From NCBI RefSeq assembly GCF_006345805.1, contig NC_042997.1:99200001-99264000 (forward strand): 64,000 bases of DNA, written 5' to 3'. Below, piece after piece: positions 11,575 through 25,523 of the stretch (positions are counted from its first letter, which is position 1; each line of letters starts with the position of its first letter). The DNA is from Octopus sinensis. Its lineage: Eukaryota. The notes under the pieces were generated by a model that saw only the letters and a list, made by a program, of their open reading frames with translations, ran no database searches and had not been told where the DNA came from. A program made the translations under genes and the position numbers.

Positions 11575-12340
11575 TTGGTTTCAATCTGTATGTATTTGTG
11601 TGGTGGGTGGTGAATGCTTAAACAAAGAAAAAAGAAAAGAGCGAGAAAACAATCTATTTGGAGGATTGCCTAAAAAGAGCCAGCCGTTTATTGATTTTAG
11701 TATATATAAAAAATCTCAGGTGATTACGAGAAAATGGGACAAGGAAAAAGGAATTCAAGTTGGTTGTTTTGATGACAAGTCTGAACAGAAACGTTCAGCT
11801 GTTTATTAATTTCGCCACGACTGTTGAAGGTGCTCTCTTTGGTTGTGAAGTCCGTTTTGAAACTTATAATAATGAGGTTATTGTTACTGGAGTTAGTAAA
11901 ACAAATTACTGAAAGAAATTTAAAACCATCGCCACACACGTACAAACACAGACAGACTTACAGACACAAAAACACTCACAGACAACAAACAAACACAGAT
12001 ACATGCAACATACATTCAAATTCAGAGAATTAAAAAATCACATATCCCGCAACCAGTCAGCTATTTAATGACTATCCCAGATCAAACCCAATCATCTTTT
12101 AAAATTAATAAACAGCTGGACGTTTCTAGACAGACTTGTCATCGAAACAACCAACCAGAATTCGTTTGTTCCTCGTCCCATAAATACCTGAATTTTTTTA
12201 TATATACCGAAATCAATAAACCGCTGGCTCTTTAGACCTATCCTTTAGCTTTTCTTTTCTTACTTGTTTCTTTTTCTTTATTTAATCATTTGCCACCCTC
12301 ACCCAACCCACACACAAATACATACAAATTCAAACGAAAT
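11575..12340. mobile_element. Inverted pair of ~240-bp Penelope-type terminal repeats (11575-11811 and 12102-12340) with decayed minimal hammerheads
   Basis: Arms are diverged reverse complements. TTGATGA..GAAACGTT at 11769-11795 (+) and TCGATGA..GAAACGTC at 12119-12145 (-). Confidence 0.55.
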
Positions 12341-12342
12341 TG

Positions 12343-12442
12343 NNNNNNNNNNNNNNNNNNNNNNNNNNNNNNNNNNNNNNNNNNNNNNNNNNNNNNNNNN
12401 NNNNNNNNNNNNNNNNNNNNNNNNNNNNNNNNNNNNNNNNNN
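12343..12442. other. Assembly gap (100 N)
   Basis: Run of N. Confidence 1.
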
Positions 12443-12600
12443 AGAAGAAGAGAAGAAAGAGAAGAAGAAGAAGAAGAGAAGAGAAGAAGAAGAAGAGAAG
12501 AGAAGAAGAAGAGAAGAAGAAGAAGAAGAAGAAGAAGAATAAGAAGAAGAAGAGAGAAGAAGAAGAAGAAGAAGAAGAAGAAGAAGAAGAAGAAGAAGAG
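12443..12600. repeat. (GAA)n microsatellite
   Basis: Read directly from the sequence. Confidence 0.95.
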
Positions 12601-13370
12601 AATCCTTTCTACTACAGGCACAAGACCTGAAATTTGGGAGAAGGGAGTAGTCGATTACATCGACCTCAGTAGTCAACTGGTACTTAATTCATTGACCCCG
12701 AAAGGATGAAAGGCAAAGTCAAACTCGGCGGAATTTGTACTCCCAACGTAAAGACGGACGAAATGCCGCTAAGCATTTTGTCCGGCGTACTAACGATACA
12801 GGCAACTCACCGACTTATTAATAATGGTAATCTTTTCCACTAAAGGTACAATGCCTGAATTTTGTGAGGAGGAGATTTGTTGATTAAATTGTCCCCAGTG
12901 TTTCACTGGTACTTAATTTATCGACCCCGCAAGGATGAAAGGTGAAGTCAATCTCGGCAGAATTTGAACTCAGAATGTAGCGACGGGCGAAATACCTATT
13001 TCTTTACTACCCACAAGGGGCTAAACACAGAGAGGACAAACAAGGACAGACAAACGGATTATGTCGATTATATCGACCCCAGTGCATAACTGGTACTTAT
13101 TTAATTGACCCCGAAAGGATGAAAGGCAAAGTTGATCTCGGCAAAATTTGAACTCAGAATGTAAAGACAGAAGAGATACCTATTTCTATTTCTTTACTAC
13201 CCACAAGGAGCTAAACACAGAGAGGACAAACAAGGACAGACAAACGGATTAAGTCGATTATATCGACCCCAGTGCGTAACTGGTACATATTTAATCGATC
13301 CTGAAGGATGAAAGGTAAAGTCGACCTCGGCGGAATTTGAACTCAGAACGTAACGGCAGGTCGCCGCCTT
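12601..13370 (-). mobile_element. Cluster of four SINE family A units, partly as a concatemer
   Basis: Repeated gaccccgaaaggatgaaaggcaaagtcgacctcggcggaatttgaactcagaac; gaaatacc|tatttcttt-type junctions at ~12993 and ~13178. Confidence 0.9.
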
Positions 13371-13395
13371 AACAATAACAATAATGATTATAATA

Positions 13396-13434
<39 letters not shown>

Positions 13435-13438
13435 TAAC

Positions 13439-13490
<52 letters not shown>

Positions 13491-13735
13491 GGAGGAGAGG
13501 GAGTAGGGGAAGAAGTGGCGGCGGTGGTGGTGGTGGTGTTGGCGATGCTGGTGGTGGTGCTGGTGGTGCTGGTGCTGGTGGTGCTGGTGCTGGTGCTGGT
13601 GGTGCTGGTGGTGGTATGGTGGTTGTGGCGGTTCGGCTGCTGTTGCTGGTGATAATGGTGGTAATGCTGGTGATGATGGTAACGGTGGTAGTTGTGATGA
13701 TGGTGATGATGATGATAATGATGATAATGATGACA
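13370..13735. repeat. Compound (TAA)n,(GGT/GCT)n,(GAT)n microsatellite
   Basis: Read directly from the sequence. Confidence 0.9.
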
Positions 13736-13920
13736 TGAGAACAAAAAGTGACAGAAAATAGTGTCAGAAATAATGTTTATGAAGACAATAGACATAAATA
13801 TTTCTTTAGTCACTTTGACATTCGGAGGAAATAACAAAAGAAAGAAAGAATTCTAAAAAGACAATAGAGAGTGAAAAGACGGCTGGAAACTTTTTGGCTT
13901 GCTGTTTTATATACATACGC

Positions 13921-13956
<36 letters not shown>

Positions 13957-14002
13957 GCGGGCGCGTATGTGTATTTGTATATATATAGTTATACAAAAAG
14001 AA

Positions 14003-14964
14003 GCGGCGAGTTGGCAGAAACGTTAGCACGCCGGGCGAAATGCGTAGCCGTATTTCGTCTACCGTTACGTTCTGAGTTCAAATTCCGCCGAGGTCGACTT
14101 TGTCTTTCATCCTTTCGGGGTGGATAAATTAAGTACCAGTTACGCACTGGGGTCGGTGTAATCGGCTTAATCCGTTTGTCTGTCATTGTTTGTCCTCTCT
14201 GTGTTTAGCCCCTTGTAGATAGTAAAGAAATAGGTATTTCGTCTGTCGTTACGTTGTGAGTTCAAATTCCGCCGAGGTTGACTTTGCCTTTCATCCTTTC
14301 GGGGTCGATAAATTAAGTACCAGTTACGCACTGAGGTCGATCTAATCGACTTAATCCGTTTGTTTGTCCTTGTTTGTCTGTGTTTAGCCCCTTGTGTGTA
14401 GTAAAGAAATAGGTATTTCGTCTGTCGTTACGTTCTGAGTTCAAATTCCGCCTAGGTCGACTTTGCCTTTCATCCTTTCGGGGTCGATAAATTAAGTACC
14501 AGTTACGCACTGGGGTCGGTGTAATCGACTTAATCCGTTTGTCTGTCATTGTTTGTCCTCTCTGTGTTTAGCCCCTTGTAGATAGTAAAGAAATAGGTAT
14601 TTCGTCTGCCGTTACGTTGTGAGTTCAAATTCCGCCGAGGTTGACTTTGCCTTTCATCCACTCGGGGGTCGATAAATTAAGTACCATTTACGCACTGAGG
14701 TCGATCTAATCGACTTAATCCGTTTGTCTGTCCTTGTTTGTCCTCTCTGTGTTTAGCCCCTTGTGGGTAGTAAAGAAATAGGTATTTCGTCTGTAGTTAC
14801 GTTCTGAGCTCAAATTCCGCCGAGGTTGACTTTGCCTTTCATCCTTTCGGGGTCGATAAATAAATTACCAGTTTCGCACTGGGGTCGATGTAATCGACTT
14901 AATCCCTTTGTCTATCCTTGTTTCTCCCCTCTATGTTTAACCCCTTGTGGGCAATAAAGAAATA
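14003..14964 (+). mobile_element. SINE family A concatemer: one head plus five tandem ~180-185-bp bodies, flanked by a ~20-bp TSD
   Basis: Bodies restart at gtatttcgtc near 14050, 14234, 14413, 14597 and 14782. B box GTTCAAAT. The core gactttgcctttcatcctttcggggtcgataaattaagtacc resembles the Deu/Nin domain (recalled). TSD atatatagttatacaaaaa(a)ga at 13981 and ~14964. Confidence 0.92.
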
Positions 14965-15403
14965 TATATAGTTATACAAAAAAGATTCACGTCTATAACA
15001 AAACAATGTTTAAAATAATCATTCTAAATTGAAACATACTAAACAATGTAGAAAAAAAAATAAAATATACGAAGTGGAATCTATGGAAAGGAAGACAAGA
15101 AGAATGTATAATAAAAGCGAATTGAAGGAATGCTGAGAAAAAGAAGGAAAAAAAGAGGAATGCAAAACCAGAATGATATTAAAATGATTTCAACTGAGAG
15201 AACCTTAATACCTGTTGAAGAAGAAATGTGAAATCAGCAGCAGCGGTAGTTATGTGCTTAGTGCTCCAACTTCAGTCAATATAAAACTGTTGTGTGTGTC
15301 GAGGAATAAACATTAGATTGTCACGCTAAGGTGTGTAATGATGATGACGACGGCGATGCTGCTGCTGCTGCTGATAATGATGATGATGATGATGATGATG
15401 ATG

Positions 15404-15434
<31 letters not shown>

Positions 15435-15585
15435 GGTTTTATTAGAATAAGGGTATGGCAAAATATAAAGTCTAACTTGCGATGTGCACACACAAACACA
15501 TAATATCCACATATAAATATATATATATATGATTATTTTTGTGTGTTTGTGTGTATATATATGTATATATATTATATTATATAAT

Positions 15586-15616
<31 letters not shown>

Positions 15617-15709
15617 CATATACTTATACATATACATATATATGTATATATATACACACATATATTATAGTTATATACCTATGTATTTACCTATATATAT
15701 ATTATATAT

Positions 15710-15741
<32 letters not shown>

Positions 15742-16082
15742 CCTGTTGAATGATGAAGCATCACCGATAGCGGCATCCGCAATGACTACGAACCTACAGG
15801 AGTGAGCGGGCTCTACCTACGTGGCTGGTCGAAGCGTTAGAAATAGCAGCTAAATTTCTCGGATATTGTATCCACGCCCTTGAAAACAAAAGACAGCAAA
15901 ATCAGAATAAGAAACGGGAAGAGAAAATGGACAGATGGACACATTAATGACAAAGTTACATAGATATATATACATATATATACATATATATATCTATATT
16001 ATATAATATATATATATATATATAATTGCTATGTATTGAGTACCTTATTTACTGTGGTTTAACCCCGAATCACACCCGGACC

Positions 16083-16165
<83 letters not shown>

Positions 16166-16461
16166 TGCTTTCACAATGAGGCAGATGGTCACATCTGGAA
16201 TCGCTCTGATCATAGGTCAGTTCCAATTTCAAGTCAGATTTACCTGAAGCTAGACACAACAATCGTAGCAATAACTACGATAAATACTATAGCAACAACA
16301 GCAGAAAGCACCGCAACAACAACATGAACAGCAATAATGATACCCTGCCCTCCTACACCCACTAACACAACTTCTACTACTACTACTACTACTACCACTA
16401 CTACTAATACTAATACTACTACTACTATACTACTACTACTACTACTACTTACTACAACTAC

Positions 16462-16499
<38 letters not shown>

Positions 16500-16567
16500 T
16501 ACTATTACGGCTACTATTACTACTGTTACAACTACTGCTGCTATTATTACAACAAAGGGCTTCTTAC

Positions 16568-16615
16568 CTGCTTCGAAATCCGTTTTCGTTCACCTTTAGT
16601 GTAATCGGTAGGATC
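16568..16615 (-). other. Candidate 48-nt internal exon
   Basis: ttttaatcacag|GATCC...AAGCAG|gtaaga; unique sequence between microsatellites; two open frames (DPTDYTKGERKRISKQ or ILPITLKVNENGFRS). Confidence 0.4.
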
Positions 16616-17862
16616 CTGTGATTAAAACATCGAAGGAATTGCCTTGTGTGATGTATTTTGTGTGTAGGCTGAATGTTGTGTGTGGGAGGGGTGCGTGTGT
16701 GTGTGTGTGCGTGTGAGGGGGGGTTAAGGGGGTGGCGAAGAGGAAGAAATACGTTGTATGTGTTGTGTGTGTGTGTGTGTGTGTGTGTGTTTACGTTTAA
16801 GTGTGTCTATGCGTGTGTGTATGTGTGTGAATGTGTGTGTGTGTGTGTGTGTGTGTGAGTTACGTTTAAGTGTGTCTATGTGTGTGTGAATGTGTGCCTG
16901 TTTGTGTGTGTGTGTATGCGTGTGTACGTGCATGTGTACGTGCATATGTGTGTGTGTGTGTCTGTGCGCACGTGTAAGTGTGGATATTGAGCGCTGTGTT
17001 GTGTTGTTGAGTCTGTCGTGACGGGGAGACACTGTGAGACTGTGTATGTATGTGCGTGCATGTATGTATGTATGTACGTACGTATGTATGTATGTATGTA
17101 TGTATGTACGTATGTATGTATGTATGTTTGTATGTATGTATGTATATATGTATGTGTGTATGTATGTATGTATGTATGTATGTATGTATATTTGTGATAG
17201 CAGAGAATGATCTCTGTTATACGTACGGTAAGCAACGTTGCACAAAGAAAAGAAGTAGTAGGATGATAAAGTCGCTCTAATTTTTTTTTATCTTCTCTTT
17301 TATATTTTCTTTCTGTCAATTATTTTTTTTTCGCGTATATTTTACGTGTTGATGATAAATATGCAGTCATATAAACTATATATTTATATACATCATACAT
17401 ACACACCAAACACACAAATATAATATAATATTATATTATATTACATTACATTATATATATACATATGTGTGTGGGGGGGTGTGCGTGAAGGACAGCTGCT
17501 CTGAAGCTAGATAGAAAGACAGTTTCGTTGATAACGGAATGGATAGCTGACTGGATGGGTGGACGGGTGGATAGTTTGATGACAGGGCAGCTGGCTAGCA
17601 GGGTAGATGGACGGACGGACGGACGGACGGACGGATGGATGGATGGATGGATGGATGATGGACGGATGGATGGATGGATTGATGGATGGATGAGGAACGC
17701 ACGGAAAGACAATCAGTGAAATTACTATTAAGTATTAAGGTTGTACCAAGGTATAAGTAAAGGGTAGATTGCTTGATCGGCGAGATACCTGGATGGCTAA
17801 GAGACATTAAGATCTGCGTGAGAGAGGTAACGCAAGGTATGCTTTGTTAGAGTTGGGAATAT

Positions 17863-18330
17863 TGTAGGTATGCATCACATTGAGGTACGTTTATGTTCTT
17901 GTGTCGGTTTGACAATATATATATATATGAGTGTGCCCGTGTTTCACCTGTATATATGTGTATGTGTGCGTGTGTGATCCTGTATGTGTATAAGCTTCTT
18001 TATGTATATATATATATGTGTATATGTATGTCCATTTGCAATTGTGTATATGCAGCGTGTGTTTCGCTCTTTAAACCACTTTGTGTAGGTGTGCATCAGA
18101 TTCAGGTTTGTCTATGTTCTTGCGTCGGTGTGATAATATATATTTATATGTCTGTGTGTGTGTGAATTTGTTTGTATGATCCTATATCTGTATAAGCATC
18201 TTTATGTATGTATGTATGTACGTATGTATGTATGTATGTATGTATGTATGTATGTATGTATGTATGTATGTCCATATGCAAGTGTGTATGTGTGTTTGTG
18301 TATTCGCTCTTTAAACTTCATTATGTGTAA
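17863..18330. repeat. Diverged tandem duplication, ~220-245-bp unit
   Basis: tgtaggt(a/g)tgcatca..tatgttcttg..gatcct..tataagc..tatgtccat..ttcgctctttaaac occurs twice. Confidence 0.7.
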
Positions 18331-18799
18331 GCCCGTTTATAGAGAAGAGTGAGTGCAGGTGCGTTTGCGTGTGCACATGTCTGTGTGCGCGTGTGCGGTC
18401 GTTCTACTGCCTGTGTGTGTGTGAGTGTGTTGTTTGCATTGATATATGTGGTCGTATTACTGCAATATATAAATAAATGAATAAGTGAATAAATAAATAC
18501 ATAAAGGTGTCTGTATTGATCGCAATCAGTGTGTATTACATATTTTAAGTGTCTATGTGCGAAGTCGCACACCTGTGTATGCGAGTATGTACGTGTATGT
18601 AGGTGTGCGCGCGCGCGTGTTAGGGAACTAGTTTCGGAGTATGTCACTGTGTGTGTGTGTTTGTGCGCCTGTCGTTGTGGTTGTGTCGGTGTGTGCTTGT
18701 GTGCAAGTCAAACGTATGTGCATGTATATGTACGTTTACGTTTGGCTCTCGAGTGAGTTTTGTCATTGTATACATACATAGAGACTACATACATATATG

Positions 18800-18880
<81 letters not shown>

Positions 18881-19423
18881 ATATATATATATATATATAT
18901 GTATGTATATATATATATATATATATATATTTAAACATGCATAAGGTCACATATATATTATGTATATATGGATATATATGAATGTCAATATATATATGTT
19001 TATATGTATGTTTTTATAATACACACACATACATACGTGTGTGTGAGTGTACGTATATGTATATATGAATTCATGCATGTACGCATGTACGTATGCAAGT
19101 GTGTGTGTGTGTATTATATATTCTTATGTGACATACGTGTCAAATGTTTTCACTGAATCGTCACTTACGTGTATAGCAGGGTTTTTGCATATGTTAAGCA
19201 TATTTGCAAGAATGTATACATACAAAAATACATGTGTGGATGTGTGTGCGTGTGTGTCCATATGACCCATGCATGTATGCATACGTGCATGTGCACGGAC
19301 ATACCTGCGCATCCATCTCAATGAGTGTGTATATTGATACGTATTTATGTAATTATATTATTTTTGCTCTTAAAAATGAGTCATATAATACATACATTTA
19401 TGTTGTGTATATGTATGTATACT

Positions 19424-19470
<47 letters not shown>

Positions 19471-19640
19471 ATATATATATAACACATACACACATACTCA
19501 AGATTATAAATAAAGGCCAAAAAATAAAGAATTTTCTTTGCCAATATGCTGAAAAATAGACGCTGAAAAAATTTTTTTAAATAAAATCTTATCCTTGTAT
19601 TAGAAGTGTGTGTGTGCGTGTATATATATATAATATATAT

Positions 19641-20154
19641 ATACATACATACATACATACATACATACATACATACATACATACATACATACATAGATAA
19701 ATACATACATACATACATATATACATACATGCATACATGCATACATACATACACACATACATACATACATACATACATACATACATACATACATACATAC
19801 ATACATACATCATACATACATACATACATACATACTACATACATAGATAAATACATACATACATACATACATATATACATACATGCATACATGCATACAT
19901 ACATACACACATACATACATACATACATACATACATACATACATACATACATCATACATACATACATACATACATACATCATACATACATACATACATAC
20001 ATACATCATACATACATACATACATACATACATACATACATACATCAGACATACATACATACATACATATATACATACATACATACATACATACATACAT
20101 ACATACATACATACATCATACATTCATACATACATACATACATATATGCATACA

Positions 20155-20188
<34 letters not shown>

Positions 20189-20264
20189 CATACATGCATA
20201 CATACATACATACATACATACATACATACATACATACATACATACATACATACATACATACATA
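19641..20264. repeat. Long (CATA)n microsatellite
   Basis: Read directly from the sequence. Confidence 0.95.
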
Positions 20265-21018
20265 CGAAAATCAGTATTTTCGAGTTTGCCGATTATAATA
20301 TACGAGTATGTTTCTCTACATTTGTGTATGTATGCATGCGTGACTACGTATGCGTGGGTACCTATGTCTGTATGTGTGCGTGTGTATAATTGCACATGTA
20401 GCTGCATATGTATGTGTATAGATGCATGTAAATATGTATGTACATATGCACATATGCGTGTATCCATTTGTCCCCATATGTAGACGAGTTTTCATATGTG
20501 TCACTATAACCGCGTATATGTGTTTGAATGAGCTATCTCCCTATACATTATTACTGAGTTCACCTGTATAAGCTTCTCTGTATATGCTCGGTGTATCTGC
20601 GTTTAAGTGTCACAGTAGGTGTGCATAGGCATGTCTGTATGAGTCACTAAGAATGTGGTTGTATAAGAGATTATGTTAGCTGTTTATGCTTTGGCAGTGT
20701 TTGTACGAGCGTCTTTCTTTAAGTGTTGTGAATTTAAGCATGTGCGTGTCAATGATATTACATGCGTGTGCGTGGTTGTCTATGCAGACAACGACGACGC
20801 ACACGTATACCGGTCTGTTATTAGAGCTGCGCTTGGCTCAGGGATAGACAGACAGGCAGACAGGCATGCAGGCAGGCAGGCAGACTGAGAGACAGACAGG
20901 CAGATAGACAGACTGATAGATAGTTATATAGATAGAGTGATAGATAGATATATAGATAGATAGATATAGAGAGATAGATAGATAGAGAGATAAGAGATAG
21001 AGAGATAGAAGATAGATT

Positions 21019-21059
<41 letters not shown>

Positions 21060-21075
21060 TAGATAGAATAGATAG

Positions 21076-21239
21076 ATATGTTTTCTATTAGCCACACGGG
21101 CTGCACACAGATAGAACAAATTACAAGGTAGAGCTTTTCTTTTGAGTATTAAAAAAAAAAAAAAAAAAAAAAAAAAGGAAGGGGAGGTTCGATCAAAAGG
21201 GATCGTAAAAGGAGAGAAAGAGGACAAAAATAAGGGGGG

Positions 21240-21273
<34 letters not shown>

Positions 21274-23461
21274 GGAGAGGAAAAAAAACAAATGATCAAT
21301 AGGGATCGTTATCACAGAAATGTCAATATGAAGTGTAAAGGGGAGGACAGGTCAGGTTTACCCGTGGAAAGAAAAGCCTGCGGAAAAGACCACGGTAACC
21401 TCGGTCAATGAAGTCACATTTTATATTTCTTTTTTTTTTTTTTTTTTTTTTGCAAATAAGCAACTCTCTGTTTTCGATTTCTGGGTTCATAGGACTATGC
21501 TCAAGGTGGCTTCGTCATTCATACGTGCCATTCTTGCTACATTCACCCATCTTTTTTTAAAACATCGCTAGACAAAACTTGCCTCTCTACTCTCACTTTC
21601 CTTTTCAAGTGGTACTTGAAGAGTTGATGAGAGATTGACCAGAGAGGAAAGTGTTTGTCTCCAATCCTTTCAGACGCGTCCACCAGATACATTCTTTCGT
21701 TTCCCACAAGGATGATGAAAATAGCTTTCCTTCCCGTTTGAAGGAAGGAGGCGTGACAATATTGACGATAGACTCAGCTGATAAACCGACTCGTCCCACA
21801 CGTGACAGCAGTTGTTCACATAAGCCCACAGGTCGGAAATTGTTGACACTGAACGAGTGCGTGCAGAACGGTTTCGTCGCTCTGACCGCATCTCGGGCAG
21901 GTCGGCCCCGTGTTTCTCGAGCCGTGTCTGTAGAGCTTATCCCGAACGGGTAGCGCTTCTCGGTTAGCACTGCCAGGCCAGGGATCTCTGGAAGTTGTCC
22001 ATGGGCCCTGGCCCGAAGTCGTCCCGAACAGGCGGGTCAGGTACTCCTCGTCGACGTCCAGGTTCGCCCCGAGCTCGTCGTCGTACCTCCCCTCCACTAA
22101 ACCCCTATAGAATGCTTTGGTTGTGTTGAAGTCACTTAAGGTCGACCCAGGACGGCAGAGTTGCTTGAGAGCAACGCGACACTCGCGGTGCCATTCGCCC
22201 TCCTCGCCTCTTTTTGATCCACGACTGCAGTTCGGTCATGGAGACGAGCTGCGGGAAAGCGTGCCTCACAAACGGCGAACCACACCTGTTCACCGTCGTC
22301 TACATAGAGCCAGAGATGTCGCAGTCTCAGCGCGTGTCTGCGCATCATCAACCACGGCATGCCCAGCCCTCCTTTTAACGGGTGTTGACAGCAAATGGAT
22401 CGCCTGACCATCGGGACGCATCCTTTCCACAAGAAGCGAAAGAGGATGCGTTGTAGTTTGGTGATGGTAGGGTCGGGACAAGGTACGACGGTCAGGCGGT
22501 AGTAGATGACGGACGCGATTTACGTGTTCGTCACCTCCGCTCGACCTTTTAGGGACAGTTTCCTCTCGGCCCATTGCCGGGCGAGAGTGACCACCCTACT
22601 CGTTATCTCGTTCCAGTTCTTCTCCACTTGGAGTCCGGACCAACCAGACCCCGAGCAACTCAACCGGGCCGTCGGTCCAGCGTCCCACGACGGAGGCGCT
22701 GGTGGACGGCATGGGCTTGCTTCTTCCAGGTGCCTAGTCGCAAGCCCACTGACTTTTCCGGTTGATTTTCGCTCCTGTCACCGCTTCGTAGTTTTTCAGT
22801 GTCTCGCCGACCAGCTCGATGTGCTCGTGGCTAGACACTATGACGGTGACGTCGTCCGCGTATGCAGACACGCTCGTCCCGCATCCCAATTCTCGCGGGA
22901 TGCCCCTTAGAGTCGCCAGCTTCCGCCGCAGTAGTGGCTCAAGAGTCAATACGTATAGAAGCGCCGAGAGGGGGCATCCCTGACGGACCGAACGTGCAAT
23001 GTCGAAAGGTCTCGATAGATGTCCATTTACGCGAATTACCGAACGGATGCCTCTGTACAAGGCAGCTATCCAGCCGCGGAAGACGGGACCGAAACCAGCC
23101 GCTCTCAGGACTGCCTCCAAGTATCGATGGTCCTACCCTATCAAAGGCTTTTGATTGATCCAAGTTGATCAGGGCCCCACCCATGCCAGGTTCGTTAACT
23201 ACCCTGTCTATGATGTAGCGCATCAGATGGAGGTTTTCATGGATGGTCCGGCCTGGCACGGCGCATGTTTGCGCCTTGTCGACCAGTTTCTCGATGACAA
23301 GCGCCAACCTCTTGGCTAGCACCTTGGCCAAAATTTTCAAGTCTGCATTAAGCAGAGTGATGGGCCTAAAGTTATCTATTACATTTCCTTGTTTAGATCT
23401 TTCTTCAGCAGTGTTACGGCTCCTCGGCTCACAAAACCAGGAATGCTCCCGTTTTGCTGCC
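21076..23461 (-). mobile_element. 5'-truncated Tx1/L1-clade LINE (RT, CCHC finger, 3'UTR) embedded in (GATA)n
   Basis: [61 protein letters not shown] and CPRCGQSDETVLHALVQC. Stop at ~21487. GC-rich with several frameshifts. (TAGA)n on both sides. Confidence 0.93.
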
Positions 23462-23759
<298 letters not shown>

Positions 23760-23844
23760 TTATGGACATATACCTATGCATATACAATTATTTCCACATA
23801 CATATATGCATATTATAACTATGTACATATATATATCTCCATTT

Positions 23845-23990
23845 ATTCTTTTGCTTCAGACATTTTACTGCGGCCAATCTGGAGCACCGCCTTGAAGTGT
23901 ATTAGTCGAAGAGATCGACTTGTTTTTTAAGACTTGTACTTATTCTCTCGGTCTTCTTTTGCCGAACGGGGCCGTAAACACTGACACAAG
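23845..23990 (-). mobile_element. SINE family B tail fragment
   Basis: ctgcggccaatctggagcaccgccttg..agtcgaagagatcgac..tacttattctctcggtc..gccgaac. Confidence 0.7.
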
Positions 23991-24067
23991 CACTAACACA
24001 CACACAGATATATGTTTATCTGATATATTCAACTTTGCAAATATGGCATTACATATTTTGGTATTAC

Positions 24068-24121
<54 letters not shown>

Positions 24122-24209
24122 ATATATATATAATCATATGCGTATATCTATCAATGCATACATGCATACATACACACACATACATACAATACACACATAC
24201 ATACATACA

Positions 24210-24241
<32 letters not shown>

Positions 24242-25295
24242 CATACATACATATACATACATACATACATACATACATACATACATACATACATACATAC
24301 ATACATACATACATACATACGTACGTACGTACGTATGTATATATGTATGAAAAGTGTATGCATGTCAACGTCGTTCTTTGGCTAGGTTTTTGAACACGAA
24401 TGTTATGTATGTCACCAAACGCCGGTATGTGTGTAACCACCAGGGTATAATTGTGCAGCTACTGTGCATTAGCGCAGATACAGACATCACTGTGATAATC
24501 TATATGGCATATGTGTTACAGATTGAATGTATGAACTGTAAATGTGTGTTTGTGTGCGTGTGTATGTGTCTTATTGTAAACATGTAACTATATGCAAATT
24601 TTTGTATGCTTTAAAGTGTAACTACATCTTCATGAAAGAAATGTAGGGTTTATAGGAGTATTTGTGAATATATTTTGTGTATGTAGATATGTGTATAAGT
24701 ATGTTTATATTTGTGTAAGTTTGGTTATATGTCTCTGATGTATTCTACTTTGCAAATATGGCATCACATATTTTGGCCTGAGTGGGGATCAGTATCAGAA
24801 AACACTTAATCCCCTTCAACAACTAACTGTCTCTAAAGTTCAAATGATACCTACATTGAATTACAGACCAAAACAGACTATCCGATCGATTTCCAGGAGC
24901 TAGATCACCAGTGCACCCAGGCCCTGCCCCATAGATGTACTCCCCTTCCACATCTCACTATCTCTAGCATTTCAATGTCCTTTGTAACCCAGGGTTGGAT
25001 ACCCATGTACCTCGTCTATTCAAACGTTTCTGACTCTGATTTCTGTTTCTCATATCGCCTTATTCTATCATCCACACTCAGCGGTACCCTTAATTCTATC
25101 TTCCTGGAACGTGACCTTCAAGAAATCCCGCTCTGTAACGTGTTTATCTTGCAATTACTAATTTAATTCTATTCACGAGGAACGCAAATAGCGTCTGGAC
25201 GGGAGGGCGGGTGTTTGATGGTCATGGGCAGAACGTCCTCGTCGAGACCAATCAAAAATAATAACACCACTAACAACAACAATAATGTTAATAGT

Positions 25296-25510
25296 CCTTT
25301 CTACTGAAGACAGAATTCCTGAAATTTTAGGAGAGGGTATTAGTCAATTAAATTGACCCCATTGTTTCACTAGTACTTAATTTATTGATCTCGAAAGGAT
25401 GCAAGGAAAAGTCGTACCGGATGGAATTTGAACTCAGACCGTAAAGACGGACGAAATATCACTAAGAATTTTGTCCGGCGTACTAACGATTCTGCCAGCT
25501 CGCTGCCTTA
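25296..25510 (-). mobile_element. SINE family A
   Basis: gaaaggatgcaagg..ggaatttgaactcag..gattctgccagctcgctgcc. Confidence 0.8.
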
Positions 25511-25523
25511 ACAACAACAATAA

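Noticed and set aside
12264-13837. Poly-E/K/R, poly-H and poly-S/T ORFs resembling low-complexity proteins
   Set aside because: They are trinucleotide repeats, partly spanning the N gap and SINEs, with no splice or domain support.
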